The notes below the pieces were generated by a model. It ran no database searches and was not told where the DNA came from. It worked only from the letters and a program-made list of their open reading frames with translations. 64,000 nucleotides of DNA from Octopus sinensis (Eukaryota), in NCBI RefSeq assembly GCF_006345805.1, contig NC_042997.1, forward strand, positions 118,668,001-118,732,000, in the 5' to 3' direction. Below, in pieces: positions 13,719 to 27,082 of this stretch. A program made the position numbers and the translations under genes. Position 1 is the stretch's first letter. Every line of letters starts with the position of its first letter.

Positions 13719-16700
13719 GAGAACACCGGGGACGTTTAAGATGTAAGAAGGAAAATACAGATCTCCGAAATCTATCCACAAACATCGAAAACAAGGACAT
13801 CCTATGGAGCCAAAGATTTACTAACAAAGAATTGGACTGTATCCGAGTAAGTAATACTAATTGAAATTTATTACTATTTTCGAAACGAAATGATGTATTT
13901 TGACTCGATATCATCTCCACCTCTAACGCAACACATGTAAACATGCGTGGAACATCACGATCATCCCCGACCTCAAACACCATGTACAAAGGAACTACGA
14001 AGAAATTAAATGCCACCGATACTATTCAACCCAAGAATAACAATCGAGCGGTACGTACATTAAACTTACAACAAAAAATGTACGAAAAACTACACGTGCG
14101 AAATAATGTGACAACAGAAATAAACGGACCGGTACCCTACGAAAATGACGACCGTCAAAATAATGGGCCGGACGTTGTACCTCATGTCCCGCAAATAAAA
14201 CCCAAAAGACGTAAATGGACACGTGAGGAATACATTTCTATCTTACAGCAATGCTCTACCCAAAAAATGAAAATACAACAACACATACATATAAAATATG
14301 AAAGGAAAAGAATAGAGATATAGACTTGGATACAGCAATGAACCCTAATAAATTAGCTAACGTACGAAGATACATTCTCAAAGCCAAAAAATATCAGAAA
14401 TAGAAATAAAACTTTAAAAGAAAAAATACACCAGGGAAATGTAGATAGAAGCCACACACACAATGCCCAATATATAACACTGAAACTGTAAAACACGAAG
14501 ACAAACGCAACATTCCCAACAAACACGATGTAAACAACAAGGGGAGCCTAATGATTATGATAATATAAAAAAAAATAATCAAAGAACTGAAAACCACAGA
14601 GCCCAAAATGGACCACCGACCATACCTCCCAAGAATAAAAATAAACGAAATAACAACACCAATTATAAACAGCATAAACCTAGCCGTTACTGAACTAGCC
14701 ACTGAAACAAAAAAAAGTGATATCACTGAACTAAATGACTTGATATACGCAGAGCCACTGCAGCCACAAAAGAAGCTGGATACTCACCCAAACCCGCCCA
14801 AACAGGAGTACCACCACCCAAACAACCCTGTGGATAAATAACATCCAAAACAAAATAAAAAAAATTAAAAAAGACCTGTCGATTCTTAATGAAATCAGCA
14901 AACAATCAACGCTACTGAGCAACAAAAGAGAACAAAAATGCTCCGCAAATATAACATCACAGAAAAAGATTTGCCGGAGATAAAAGAAAAGCTGAAGCAA
15001 GATATCCTTGCCAAAGCTCAAAGGATCCGCCGGTACGAGAAACGCCAACGCTTCTTTGAACAGAACAAAAAGTTCAACTCCAACCCCAAAAAGTTCTACC
15101 AAGAACTGGGAAAAAATAAAATAGAAGTCACTGCAGCACCAACGGCAGAAGAATTGGAAGAATTCTGGAGAGAAATATGGTCGGCGAACGAACAGCCAAA
15201 AAAAAGGAGTATCAAAATAACAAACTCGGCATCTGAACAACTTTGGACCCCCATAACAACTGAAGAGGTCACCCAGGCACTGCAAAAACTAAGCAACTGG
15301 AAGGCACCTGGGCATGACAAGATCCCCAACTTCTGGTTGAAATATCTAACAGGAATGCACAAAAAGCTGGCTGAAAACTTGAACAGCATACTAGCAGAGC
15401 CAGAGACAATGCCTGAATGGCTCACGAAGGGGAAAACCATCTTAGTTCCCAAATCAAATGAAACAGCAAAACCAGAAAACTACAGACCAATAACCTGCCT
15501 CCCTACTATGTTCAAGGCATTTACTGCAGTGATATCGCAAAGGCTGAACAAGCACCTGGACGAAAACAAACTGTTCCCAGAAGAGCAGAAAGGATGCCGC
15601 AAAGGCTCATATGGCTGTAACGATCAACTAATGATTAATAAAGCCGTAACTGAAGACAGCCACAGAAAGAAGAAAGGCCTCAGTATGGCCTGGATTGACT
15701 ACAAAAAGCGTTTGATAGCATCCCCCACACATGGATCCTCGAACACTAGCCATTAACAAAGTAGCACCAACAATCATAAAATTCATAGAGCACTCTATGA
15801 ATAAATGGCAAACAGTCCTACACCTCAAACAAAAGAGGGACTCATGAAAACCAAAGACATCCCCATTAGAAGAGGAATATTCCAGGGAGACACGCTCTCT
15901 CCACTCCTTTTCTGCTTGGCACTGTCACCTCTATCTGATATGCTAAATACAACTGGATGCGGATATAAATGTTACGGCAAAACGATCAGCCACCTTTTAT
16001 ATATGGATGACCTAAAACTATACGCTGCAAATGACAAACAGCTGGAAACACTATTAAAGACAGTTCATGGATTTACCAAAGAAATAGATATGAAATTTGG
16101 ATTAGAAAAATGCGCCAAAGTAACCATGAAAAGAGGAAAACTAGTTAAGAGTAGCAACATCACACTAGATAAAACCAATGAAATAAAAGAATTAGACCAA
16201 AGCCAAACTTACAAATACTTAGGAATCCATGAACTAGATAAGACACAACACACACAAATGAAAGAGAAAATAAAAAAAGAATATTATAGACGAGTTACAT
16301 CAATACTAAAAACAGAGCTCAATGCTAAAAACAAGATAATAGGTATCAACACGTTAGCTGTCCCAGTTATAAGTTACAGCTACAATATCCTTAACTGGAC
16401 GCGAAATGAACTGTCCAAAATAGATAGGAAAACAAGAAAAATAATGACAGGATCTAGGATGCATCACCCACAATCTGACATAGAAAGACTATATATACAA
16501 CGTATAGAAGGTGGTAGAGGCCTTATACAGCTGGGAAACTACTATAAAATAACCACCATAGGACTGCAAAAATACCTACTTCAGAAGGAAGGAAAACTGA
16601 TCCAGATAGCAGCAAAACACGAGCAAAACAAAAAACTGTTCTCAGTATTTAAGGAAGCTGAAATACAAACAAGAAATCATACCACCTAATAAACACGAAG

Positions 16701-17655
16701 AAGAAGAAGAAGATGATGAAGAAACAACAAAAGCTATAAAACAAATGAATCCAAACTAAAAATAGAACAGCAACGAACCATGATAAAACGATGGCAAGAA
16801 AAGCCCCTTCATGGTAAATAATGCACTAAACTAAACGCAAAAGAAATAGACAAAGAAAAATCCCAGCAATGGTTGAGAAGCTCAGGACTCAAAGCAGAAA
16901 CAGAGGGATTTTTAATTGCAGCACAAGACCAAAGCCTCCCCACCAGAAATTACCAAAAACATGTAATGAAAAGAAATAATACAAGTAACAGCAGAATATG
17001 TGGAGATGGACAAGAAACAATAAATCATATTATCTCTAGCTGCCCGTCCTGGCTAAGAAGGAATATATTCACAGACATGACAGAGTTGGAACCTACATAC
17101 ATCGGAAGCTATGCCAACATTATGGAATAACAACAGAAAAAAGATGGTATAGGCAACCACCAGAAAAGGTCACAGAAAACGAGAAAGCAACCATACTCTG
17201 GGATATGCCGATACACACAGATAGAGAAATTAAGGCCAACAGACCAGATATAGTTGTCAGAGATCATGAAGAAAAAAAATGCTTTCTAATTGATGTATCA
17301 ATACCGGCAGATGACAACGTGTCTGTAAAAGAAATGGAGAAACTCTCAAAATACAAAGACCTGGAAATAGAGGTAACTAGAATGTGGAATCTGAAAACAG
17401 AAACAATTCCTATCATAGTAGGTGCATTAGGCATGATAAAAAAATATTCAGACAAATACATAACAAAAACACCAGGACTTACAAACACATATAACATACA
17501 GAAAATTGCACTACTAGGCACTGCACACATCCTAGTCAGAACACTTTCCATACAATAACCATCAGAGCATCACAACAAATCACAGCACATACCCAAGGCA
17601 CACAGAGCTGCGCTCGGTAGTGAAGTGAAAGCACGCTATAAAAATAAAACTACTG
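13719..17655 (+). mobile_element. Full-length R4/Dong-type non-LTR retrotransposon (single ORF, RT + CCHC + RLE) inserted in (AAT)n
   Basis: ~3.9 kb between (AAT)n tracts; RT motifs KAPGHDKIP, ENYRPITCLPT, EEQKGCR, RGIFQGDTLSPLLF, HLLYMDDLKL, KFGLEKC, YKYLG; zinc knuckle RICG..ETINHIISSCP; RLE NRPDIVVRD..CFLIDVSIP..EKLSKY; ~97-bp 3' UTR. Confidence 0.93.
13943..17558 (+). pseudogene. R4/Dong-type RT-RLE polyprotein, fragmented by multiple frameshifts and at least one stop
   Basis: Track ORFs 13943-14323, 14608-14841, 14938-15756, 15805-16689, 16873-17130, 17205-17558 form one colinear protein. Confidence 0.9.
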
Positions 17656-17700
17656 AATAATACTAATAATAATAATATTAATAATAATAATAATAAAAAA

Positions 17701-18162
17701 AGATGGGCTACAGCAAATATTCTGCTCAATACCACAGATTTGCTTATCAGTTGTTTGACCTTAACCAGTTGAGCATGTCCCTTAGTGGCTGACGATATGT
17801 GCATCTCTGATCACGAGCAGAAGTAGTGGGGGAGCATCATAGTCATGTGTTCAGAGGGGTTCTTTGGGGTTTGAATAATTCACCTCTGGAAACATGGGTA
17901 GTTCTTTCAACATCCTTAAACAACCCTTATTCAGGGACCTTTTGAGCGGGATGGGCTACTCAACCTGAAGAAAATTCTAACTGGGCCCCACCTGCATGGT
18001 CAAGCGCTGTTTATCTTGATATGAGATCACCATGTCGCGCACATATGGTTGTGATGCATGTGCCTGGTGTACCCTTATCAGACGGGTAGTCATGTTGGGT
18101 ATATTGGGCTTCGTATATTTTACCCCAGTGTCACTTTGATGGCATGAACTGCTCTCTCACTC
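17701..18162 (+). mobile_element. 462-bp non-coding (AAT)n-tailed repeat (retroposon-like)
   Basis: Same-length reverse copy at 58,039-58,500 and 3' piece at 13,503-13,585; flanked by (AAT)n on both sides. Confidence 0.8.
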
Positions 18163-18321
18163 AATAATAATAATAATAATGATATATATATATAAATGGA
18201 AGACGAATATAGATGTACAAACAACAAGCAAGTGTATTAGTTTGACGCACGGGAAAATAAAAAGGTCTTTTATATTTCCAGCCTAAGCTCTTTAATAGAA
18301 AGGAATAAGAGAAAATAAACA

Positions 18322-18324
<3 letters not shown>

Positions 18325-18412
<88 letters not shown>
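18325..18412. repeat. (AG)n microsatellite
   Basis: Direct reading. Confidence 0.95.
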
Positions 18413-18416
<4 letters not shown>

Positions 18417-18826
18417 AAAAAATTAAAGTAAATTTAGCGATAAAGCTTACCGCTATATGTCCATCAGATTCGAGAATGAATAAAATCAAAGAAAAATTAT
18501 TGAAACGCAAAACATTCACATATGAACGTGGAAAGTATACGTTCAAGTTGAGGTTAAATGACATGAAAAAGAAAGTAAAATGTGGAAGGAAAATAATACT
18601 TGGAAGAAAATGTTTTTGTGTTCGTGAGTAGACGCATACATGGACATGCATACATACACAGAGATACACACACACACAGACGCAAACAAACATACACGCA
18701 AACACACATCTATATATACACACGCATATACATACATAATCACATACGCATAGACAAGTGTATGCGCATATATATCTAGACACACGATCATATGCATACA
18801 TGGACGCACACACACAAACACACACG

Positions 18827-18883
<57 letters not shown>

Positions 18884-19110
18884 ATGTATGTATGTATAAG
18901 AGCTCATATACGCATATACACAAATATACATACATAACATACATAAATATTTGCATAGATTTGCTCGTAGATCAAGATACACATGTATGTGCAAACCCAG
19001 ACACACACAAGCACACACGTGTAAATACACTCACACACACACACACGCACACACGCATATATATACATACGCACACATATACTCATACACACACATACAT
19101 ATATATTATA

Positions 19111-20210
19111 CTAGCAGTAATACCCGGCGTTACTCGTGTTAAAGGAACTAATGAAATGTATTTTAGATCCCGAACATGAAACATAGATTCACTACGCGGG
19201 TCTTACCTCCTGGTAGCTGAAATACCAGCTTTATACGTCAATAATCCGGTGTTTCCAAGGTGATTGAAGATAATGAAATTTAAATCCCTAAGTAAAATAA
19301 AACATGGATTATGCAGTTCTCAACAGTAATTAGCTGAGTTACAACTTATTAATGTCAATAACATGTTTTATCCGATGTTCTCACTGTTAAAATTGTTGTA
19401 AACCAGGTAGTTCTATGTCTTTGCAATCACCTTCAATTGTCATTACTTATTTGAAACACGTTGAACCTGAAAATACATAAATTTGAGAAGAACCTGCCTG
19501 CGGGCGCTGCCCTCCTGTTAATAAGTACATTTAACAAAAATTCCATCAGATGACGTGAGTATAAACAAATGTTTTGAAACAAATCCGGAAAACAATTCCA
19601 GTTTAATCATCTAGAGCTTCTAAATATACGATGGTTTGAGTGTATATGTGAAAAGATTTTGGGGACTTCCAACTCGCGAACATCTTACATATAATTGCCC
19701 ATGAGAGAAGCAAGGTGAAGTCCAACAACCGTCAGAGACTGTCCTTGAAACTTGTTTATTGTCATAGCAAAATTTAGTTTCACTGGGAACTGGAACCGTG
19801 TAAATTCAAAAGTGGGGTATCATATGGAATTAACAGGATCTGCGGAATGAAGATATCCTCACCCTTGAAGTTCCCAGTCATAATTGTTGCGTCTAGGACA
19901 TGGGGTCGCTTCCCTTTCACCATTGCACAGACGAGGTGGATCCAAATTCCTAAGCAGCATATGTTAAGTGGTGAGGTAGCATCCTAGATGGCTGTAGAGA
20001 GTTCAGGGGCCTAGTTGGGAAAACTACAGCTTGGACCTATTCAATGACTTTTCTTGTCCGGGCAACAGCTGCAAGAGATCCCAGTTGATTTTGCTGACAG
20101 CATCATTACGTGGAACTAAGATGGCTCTCTCACAGAACCATTGACTGTTGCTATAGTTTTGTGCAATGTTTGGGAGCACATGCATTATGAGATCATTGAC
20201 AGTTTGTACT
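19111..20210 (-). mobile_element. Helitron 3' portion: PIF1 helicase C-terminal relic, 3' hairpin and CTAG end
   Basis: Minus translation ERAILVPRNDAVSKIN...LLRNLDPPRLCNG...GEDIFIPQI...FQFPVKLNFAMTINKFQGQSLTVVGL...FSHGQLYVRCSRVG (ends ~19,603); terminus cacgagtaacgccgggtattactgCTAG|T at 19,111. Confidence 0.88.
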
Positions 20211-20331
20211 ATCTCCCGAATTCGGATGATGATAACTTTCAGAGAAAGGGATATTCTTTAATGAACTTTTCTACGAATAAGTGTTATATCATGTAGATTC
20301 CAAATATAGAACACTATGGGGGGAATATATT

Positions 20332-20634
20332 TTAGGAGAGGATGAGGAGGATTTTCGTAAACATTATTGAAAGTGAACCTTCAGAACATAGCGGGCATTT
20401 CCGATATATATTGGTGTAGGGACTTGCATGTCTAAGTATGGACCAGATAAGGTTGTATTTCGTCTTCGATTCCTTAAGCCTCCAGATAAAATCAACCAGT
20501 GATGTCACATGTCGTTTAAGGATATTTCGAAAGCTATCAATGTGGTTGCGATATCGATTTTTGAAAAATTCGGCCAATGCCTCAATATACACGGAGAGGT
20601 CTGCTCCAGTGTTTATTATGCACTTATCCATCAC
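20332..20634 (-). pseudogene. Penelope-like GIY-YIG endonuclease fragment
   Basis: VYIEALAEFFKNRYRNHIDSFRN..KRHVTSLVDFIWRLKE..YNLIWSILRHASPY..KCPLCSE; same protein family as 29,412-29,825. Confidence 0.8.
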
Positions 20635-20691
20635 ATTCCAGATTCAGTATCACATCGAAACTAACTATGACTTAATTTTTCCCCTCACATC

Positions 20692-20746
20692 GTCTCCGAT
20701 GAAGGGATGTTATTATTAATTAATATTCTAAAAACAGCTGTAAGAC
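20692..20746 (+). ncRNA. Degenerate minimal hammerhead in the inverted pLTR of the adjacent PLE
   Basis: Stem I GTCT/AGAC; core CCGATGA; AT-rich stem II; AAAAC (G12 lost); palindromic stem III ACAGCTGT; GUA triplet. Confidence 0.55.
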
Positions 20747-21329
20747 CTTCTATCTATAAATGCTCTAATATATATATACAGCCTTGGTTTTTTTTATCTC
20801 ATTACGCAAAGGATTCATATATATATATATATCAAAATTAGTGATCTGCACAACTTAAATTTTCACGAACTAAGATAGGCATTTATTAGCTTCTTTATGT
20901 TGATTCTGTATACAGAGAATTTGAAGGGTTCAAGGTCCGTTGGGCTATCATTGGATGATACAACGAGGACATTACTATTGGCTCGTAAGTGTCGGGAATC
21001 CTAGCCGTAGTTATTCTGGTCGTTTGAGATAAAAGGCTGTTTGTTCAGAAAGGAATCAGTAGCTTACGACGTATATTACTACGGAGGAAACTTTACCTTG
21101 GTGATCAGAACTAGCATCTTATTCTTACTGGTGGGATTCAATCAATTTTACATGAAAATATATGTTAATACACACACAGATACGTGTATATATATATAAA
21201 TATATAGATATATTCATACATACATGCACACACACACACATATACGTACACACACACACAACACACATATATATATATATATAAATATATTTATATATGC
21301 ATATATATACACACACACACCACACACAT

Positions 21330-21398
<69 letters not shown>

Positions 21399-21901
21399 TA
21401 TTATTACAATACAATAATATTATTTTCCAGCGAAAAAATACACCATAAAGGTGGAATTATAATGTTTTTGAAATAGTGGCACAAAGAGATTGTCCATTTC
21501 TCTGGCATTTTTCCAAGAGGTAAGACGATTTGTTTTTATATTCCCCACCCGCATACGTCTCCGAGTCTGTACATCCAGTGAAGCTTTACCTAGCTTCGAA
21601 CAGTTATCGACTGCGATTTCCAGCAAAATTTAGTACCTTGTTATGCCATAATTTCCTAATTCCTACACTCACACACACACACACACATGTTTGCCTGTGT
21701 TCATTTACCCCTACGTATACAGCATTCGTACATGCATATATGCATAAATGTATACAGAATTATTGTTATAGAGCATAGGTCAGATATACATATAAAACAA
21801 TTTTAAACATAAAACACATATACACACACAAGCATCACACAATATATACTATGTATGTTTATTATATATCTTATGTACATGTATTATATATATGTGTATA
21901 T

Positions 21902-21950
<49 letters not shown>

Positions 21951-23099
21951 TATATATATAATATATATATATATATAATATATATACATAATATATATCT
22001 GGACGTATGTGAATATAAACTCATAGTTTTGCTTTTATATAAACACACACACACACACACACACACCACACACACACACACACACACATACACACATATA
22101 TACATATATGTATATACGCGTCTGTATGTGCGTTTGTAATTATATGTGTGCGTCTGGTTATATATTTGCTCGCATCATATACAAATACAACTACCTTCAT
22201 AATAATGTATTATATCTTACACATCACACGTTCTAGCCATATTTATTACCTCCCTTCATTCTATATCCTCCATAATTCACATATTTCTAATTCAATTATC
22301 TGTTTTCGTTACCCATATTTCTATAAAATCTAATGTATTTACTCATAATTCAGCGGCGCTTCCATCCATGCCTACTATATCTGTCAGCAAGCATTGATCA
22401 AACTGATGGTCATTCATTCATCTTTCATTCTCTTACTCAAAACCTTCATGTCTATTAATCAATTATATATCATTTAGTTATCCATTATTTATGGCTCTAT
22501 AATTCTATCAATACTATAGGTAGCTATTTAGATGAAAGGCACTATATCATATCTAAGAAATGTTCCATGGTTGTTCAGTCTTAGGTGTTCTTTTTGAATT
22601 CAGTTATGATTAATATAATCATTCTGTATGTCTGCAAAACGTCTGCGATTTGCGAATGAATAATTTTGCTGAAAGTTGAGCATAAAATAGTTTTCATCGG
22701 ATTCGACTGATTTATTGTTTTAAATTTGGTTGGCAGTCATCGTAATGATGTTAACATATCTAACGAAATAACAGTTGTCCTTCTGTAAATATATATAAGC
22801 AAAGAAACTACATTTGCTTGAGTTATTTCATCTTTGCATCAAGATCATTGCTGTTTAACGCCATATCCTCACCGAGTTCGTTCTCATCAGGCAGATATAT
22901 ATTGAAGGGTATTTCGTGCATGGCCTCTTTATTATTTACTTGAGCGTTTCGAATCTAGGATTACGTTATACTTTGTGTTCCTCCCTTTTTTCTGAGAGCA
23001 TGGTTTATATAAAGGAGAAGTAGTTACTATTTCAAGAAATATATGCGATTATAAACAAGATTCAATATTGTAGCATGGAAAGAAAAACAAACAATTATA

Positions 23100-23262
23100 T
23101 AAGTACATTATTTACAATATTTTCATTTGATGGATTAGCTGTCCTCATCTTGTTAGTTTTTAATACAACGTTTCGGCTGATATGCTCTCCAGCCTTCATC
23201 AGGTGCCTTGTGGAAATTTCGAACCTGGGTTCTCATTGCTAAGGTATTTTTCGATGTTGTTG

Positions 23263-23337
<75 letters not shown>

Positions 23338-23411
23338 TCACTGCCTGGAATCGAATTCGGAATGTTGGGGTTAGTAGCCCGCGCTCTTAACAACTACGCT
23401 ATATGCACGTG
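23100..23411 (-). mobile_element. Composite SINE: tRNA-like head + (AAT)n + hammerhead-bearing tail
   Basis: Head 23,411-23,332 (tagcgtagttgttaag A-box-like, gaattcgattcc B-box-like); (AAT)n 23,331-23,256; tail 23,255-23,100 with HHR. Confidence 0.7.
23162..23207 (-). ncRNA. Minimal type I hammerhead ribozyme motif
   Basis: GGCAC-CTGATGA-A-GGCTG-gagagcatat-CAGCC-GAAAC-GT-T-GTATT; core intact, palindromic stem III (AACGTT), stem I imperfect in this copy. Confidence 0.7.
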
Positions 23412-23810
23412 TAAATAATATAAATAATGTAACTAATTACTCATCTCTTAAATACAGAACTGAATTAGATGAGTATTATTGTTTTATATCAGGGAAATGA
23501 GTAATGACGCTAAGGAGAAATGTATAAATACGTATAGCATAGAGAGTCTATTCATGTTCACGCTGGGACAAATGAAATAAGAAATGATCAGCGCATCTCA
23601 AAATACTCTTCCACGTATTACTATATCATGACATTCAGTGAAAAGTAGTGTAACTAACTGCTGCATTTGCAAAGCTCTATCCTTCGCATTTAGTGATGCT
23701 TGGCCTAGTAATTATTGCAGTAGAATCACAGTCATACCGTGACGTGTTCGATTCTCGAACTGAAGCACTGCTGTTTCATTAGACTAAGCACTTGGTTTCT
23801 TATTATTTAA

Positions 23811-24151
23811 CTTGCAGTATCACCCGGCGTTGCTCGGGTTTGTTTCGATCCTTTAGAATTGGAATTTTTGAAAAGTAAAAAGTTTACATTATGTAGCTTG
23901 TTATTCTCTTTAAGTGAACATTTTTCTAGTTGAAATACACCGCAAAATGGCGACACAGCAGTCAAAAAATCGTAAAAAAAGGGATTTTTATAGAAAAAAA
24001 GTACATTTTAGATGTGAATAATTTTTGGTGATAACATGGTCTGATTTGAATTTTGTTCAACTTGCGCCGCAGGATCTCGGAGGAGATAGTGTTCGTTGAA
24101 GGCTACCAAACCTGCCATACACAGACAACTTCAGCTTTATATATAGAGAGA
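23811..24151 (-). mobile_element. Non-autonomous Helitron
   Basis: 5' A|TC(TCTCTATATATAAAG); 3' hairpin CCCG-agcaacgc-CGGG then CAAG|T; 3' ~30 bp shared with the 19.1 kb Helitron; AT target. Confidence 0.8.
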
Positions 24152-26604
24152 TTTAACTCAGTTTATCTCTATATAGATTTAACTCAGTTTATCTCAATGT
24201 ATTGCAAGTGTAAGATGTGAACGGATCTCTATTACAGCAATATATTGGATGATAGCATTTAATTTATCACTCTTAGAAACTGATTTATAATGATTTAGAT
24301 GTTGTTGTCATTAATTTCGATCAGGCTTAAAGGAGCCATTACATTCCATCATTTTCTTTTCTGGTCCTTTCTTAAGACTGTAGGTTATAATATGGGGTTG
24401 GGGGAGAGTAGACTATTTTTAGTTTTAGAAGCTCAAACAACTGGCTAAATCTCACTTCCCTTATGATGTTGATGTTAATAATGAATACAATGATGACAGC
24501 AACGTTTAAAGATAGTTATTATGGGGCAAATGATATTAGTAATAAAACGGTAAAGGAAGTGTTGATAGTCATGCTATCGGTAAACATGGTGGCGCTGTTT
24601 GTGTTAGAGCTGACGATGTTAACGAAGTCAGAATTGTATTGTATTTGATGATGATAAAATTTCAATTTAGTTAGATTATGTGAAAATGAACGAATAATTC
24701 ATCCAGAAACTCGCCCAATTATATCTACTAAATGAGGTAATTTGCTGAGTTGAGTAAACCGTAAAAATAATCACCCATCAAATCTTCATAGTATCGGACA
24801 ATTAATGGAGAAGATCTTATCCATGAAAGTGACTGAAGTGCTGGAATTTAATTTCCTATAACTGTTGATTTCATTTTCGATTCTAATTCAGAATTGCAGA
24901 TTGCTATATTAATCCCATTCAGTTGTATGGCGATTAATTTGTGTTCTCCTAATTACCTCTTTGTCTATGTTCTAATAATAGACAGAAATGTGGCTTGTTT
25001 GAATAAGCTGGGTGTTAAGCAACAGATTTGCAGTGTTTAAATACCTATCTGGATTCAAATCCCGGTGTGGTTGTCTTTACTTTTCGCTCCAATATGTCTA
25101 AACATCTACGAATTGGATGAATATCCAAATACAATAGATATTCACAAACATCCGAAGCCTTGTGTCGGTATTTAACATAGATGCACACTGTTATTGCTGG
25201 TGTTTCTACTACATATTGATATGAAACTAGTAAACTCTTGAAGATATTAGCTCAAGTATTTTGACATAATTCCAACTTTATGTTAATCGTATTCTTCCTG
25301 TAACGCATGAAAGAAAATTAAAATACCATTTTTGAAATCTACCAATTAGCTGTAGTAGGATTGTAAGATACACACGCAGTCTAATTCATGGTGCATTAAA
25401 TTTTACTTACTCGGAGGGACAATGGTTGATTAAGTTGCCTTTCGGAATGACTGCTCATTTCTTGAGAGATTTACATAAACCATCGTGTACTTTAATATCA
25501 CTAACTGATCCTTGGTTGTCATTAGTGATATAAATTATATGCGATAATTTTGGCTAGTTCCCTGATATGTGAATATTTTCCTCCATCTTTCTTGCCTGTC
25601 TCAATAGAGGTCAAGGTCTGTGGTACAAAAAGTCCACGGACTCGCTCGTTAATCTCTTGCTCTTTCATATAAGACAGTAATGGAAAACCAGAAATGTCTC
25701 ATAGACATTTAAACTGAACGCAATTAAATGCATTGACTTGACTCGGAACTAGGGGGGGGGACTTTGGAATATGAAGGAGACAGCAGTTATAACTGAATAA
25801 ATATGATACAACATCTGCATACGAATAGAGATATAATGGAATTGTATGCAATAAATAAACTTTAAACTGTTTAGCTGTTAAATAATGATTTGCAGTTATT
25901 CTGTCTAATAAATTGATATAATATATAGAGCATGACGAAGTCTATTTTAAATTATGAACGATTTAAATATTTTTACATGTTTCCCTCTAATTCTTCGGAA
26001 CGATCATTTCATGTAAGTTTTCTGAAAGGGATGATCGAAAGCCTAATTTAATTTAAAAGCCAAAATGTTTATTTTATAATAATTTCAGTTACTATTTTCT
26101 TGAGTTTAACCTAAGTATTTCTGACATTTCTATATAATAAAATTGGGTACACTGGTATTTGAAAGCCATTTTTTTAACGATTCGTTTAAAATTTAATGAT
26201 TCACAAAATATATTTCATACAGCAAAAGCCACGTTGTTAGCTGAACATGAACTGTCTTATTAAGATATTGGTAATACATACTCGCTGAGGCCATTAGGTT
26301 AAATGTACTCATGATTTGCAAATTTCTTATGATTATGTAAATGAGCATATCAGCTAAATTCTTGAAATGCAGTTTGAAGATATTGAGGTAAAAAAAAACT
26401 GCATCAATTAGGTTTTGCTTTTCTCTTAAAGAATTACAAATATATGAGAACACCAATGCTTTGGCGTAAAGTTCGTTTCAGTTCAGCGTAGTTCCAGATT
26501 CGGTTACATCTTGTGGCTTCTCGGCCAAATATCGCAAAAAAATAAAATAAAATAAAAATAACACTACTTTAAAGATTTGAGCAATATAGTAGCCGAAGAG
26601 TATG

Positions 26605-27049
26605 AGAGAATTTCATATATACATACATATATACATACATACATCCGTACATACATACATACATACATACATACATACATACAAACATGCATGCATACAT
26701 ACATATATACATACGTACATACGTACATACATAGATACGTACATACGTACATAATACATACATACATACATACATGCATACATGCACACATACATGCATG
26801 CATGCATACATACATACATACATAATACATACATACAAACATACGTACATACATACATAATATATACACACATACGTACATACATACATACATAGTACAT
26901 ACATACATACGTACGTACATACATACATGCATCCATGAATACATACATTCATACATAATACATACATATATACGTACATACATACATACAGACAGACATA
27001 ATACATACACACATACGTACATACATACATACATACATACATACATACA

Positions 27050-27082
<33 letters not shown>

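Noticed and set aside
23332-23411. tRNA gene calls for this and other tRNA-like heads
   Set aside because: They lack a complete acceptor/T-arm cloverleaf and are fused to repeat bodies; they are SINE heads
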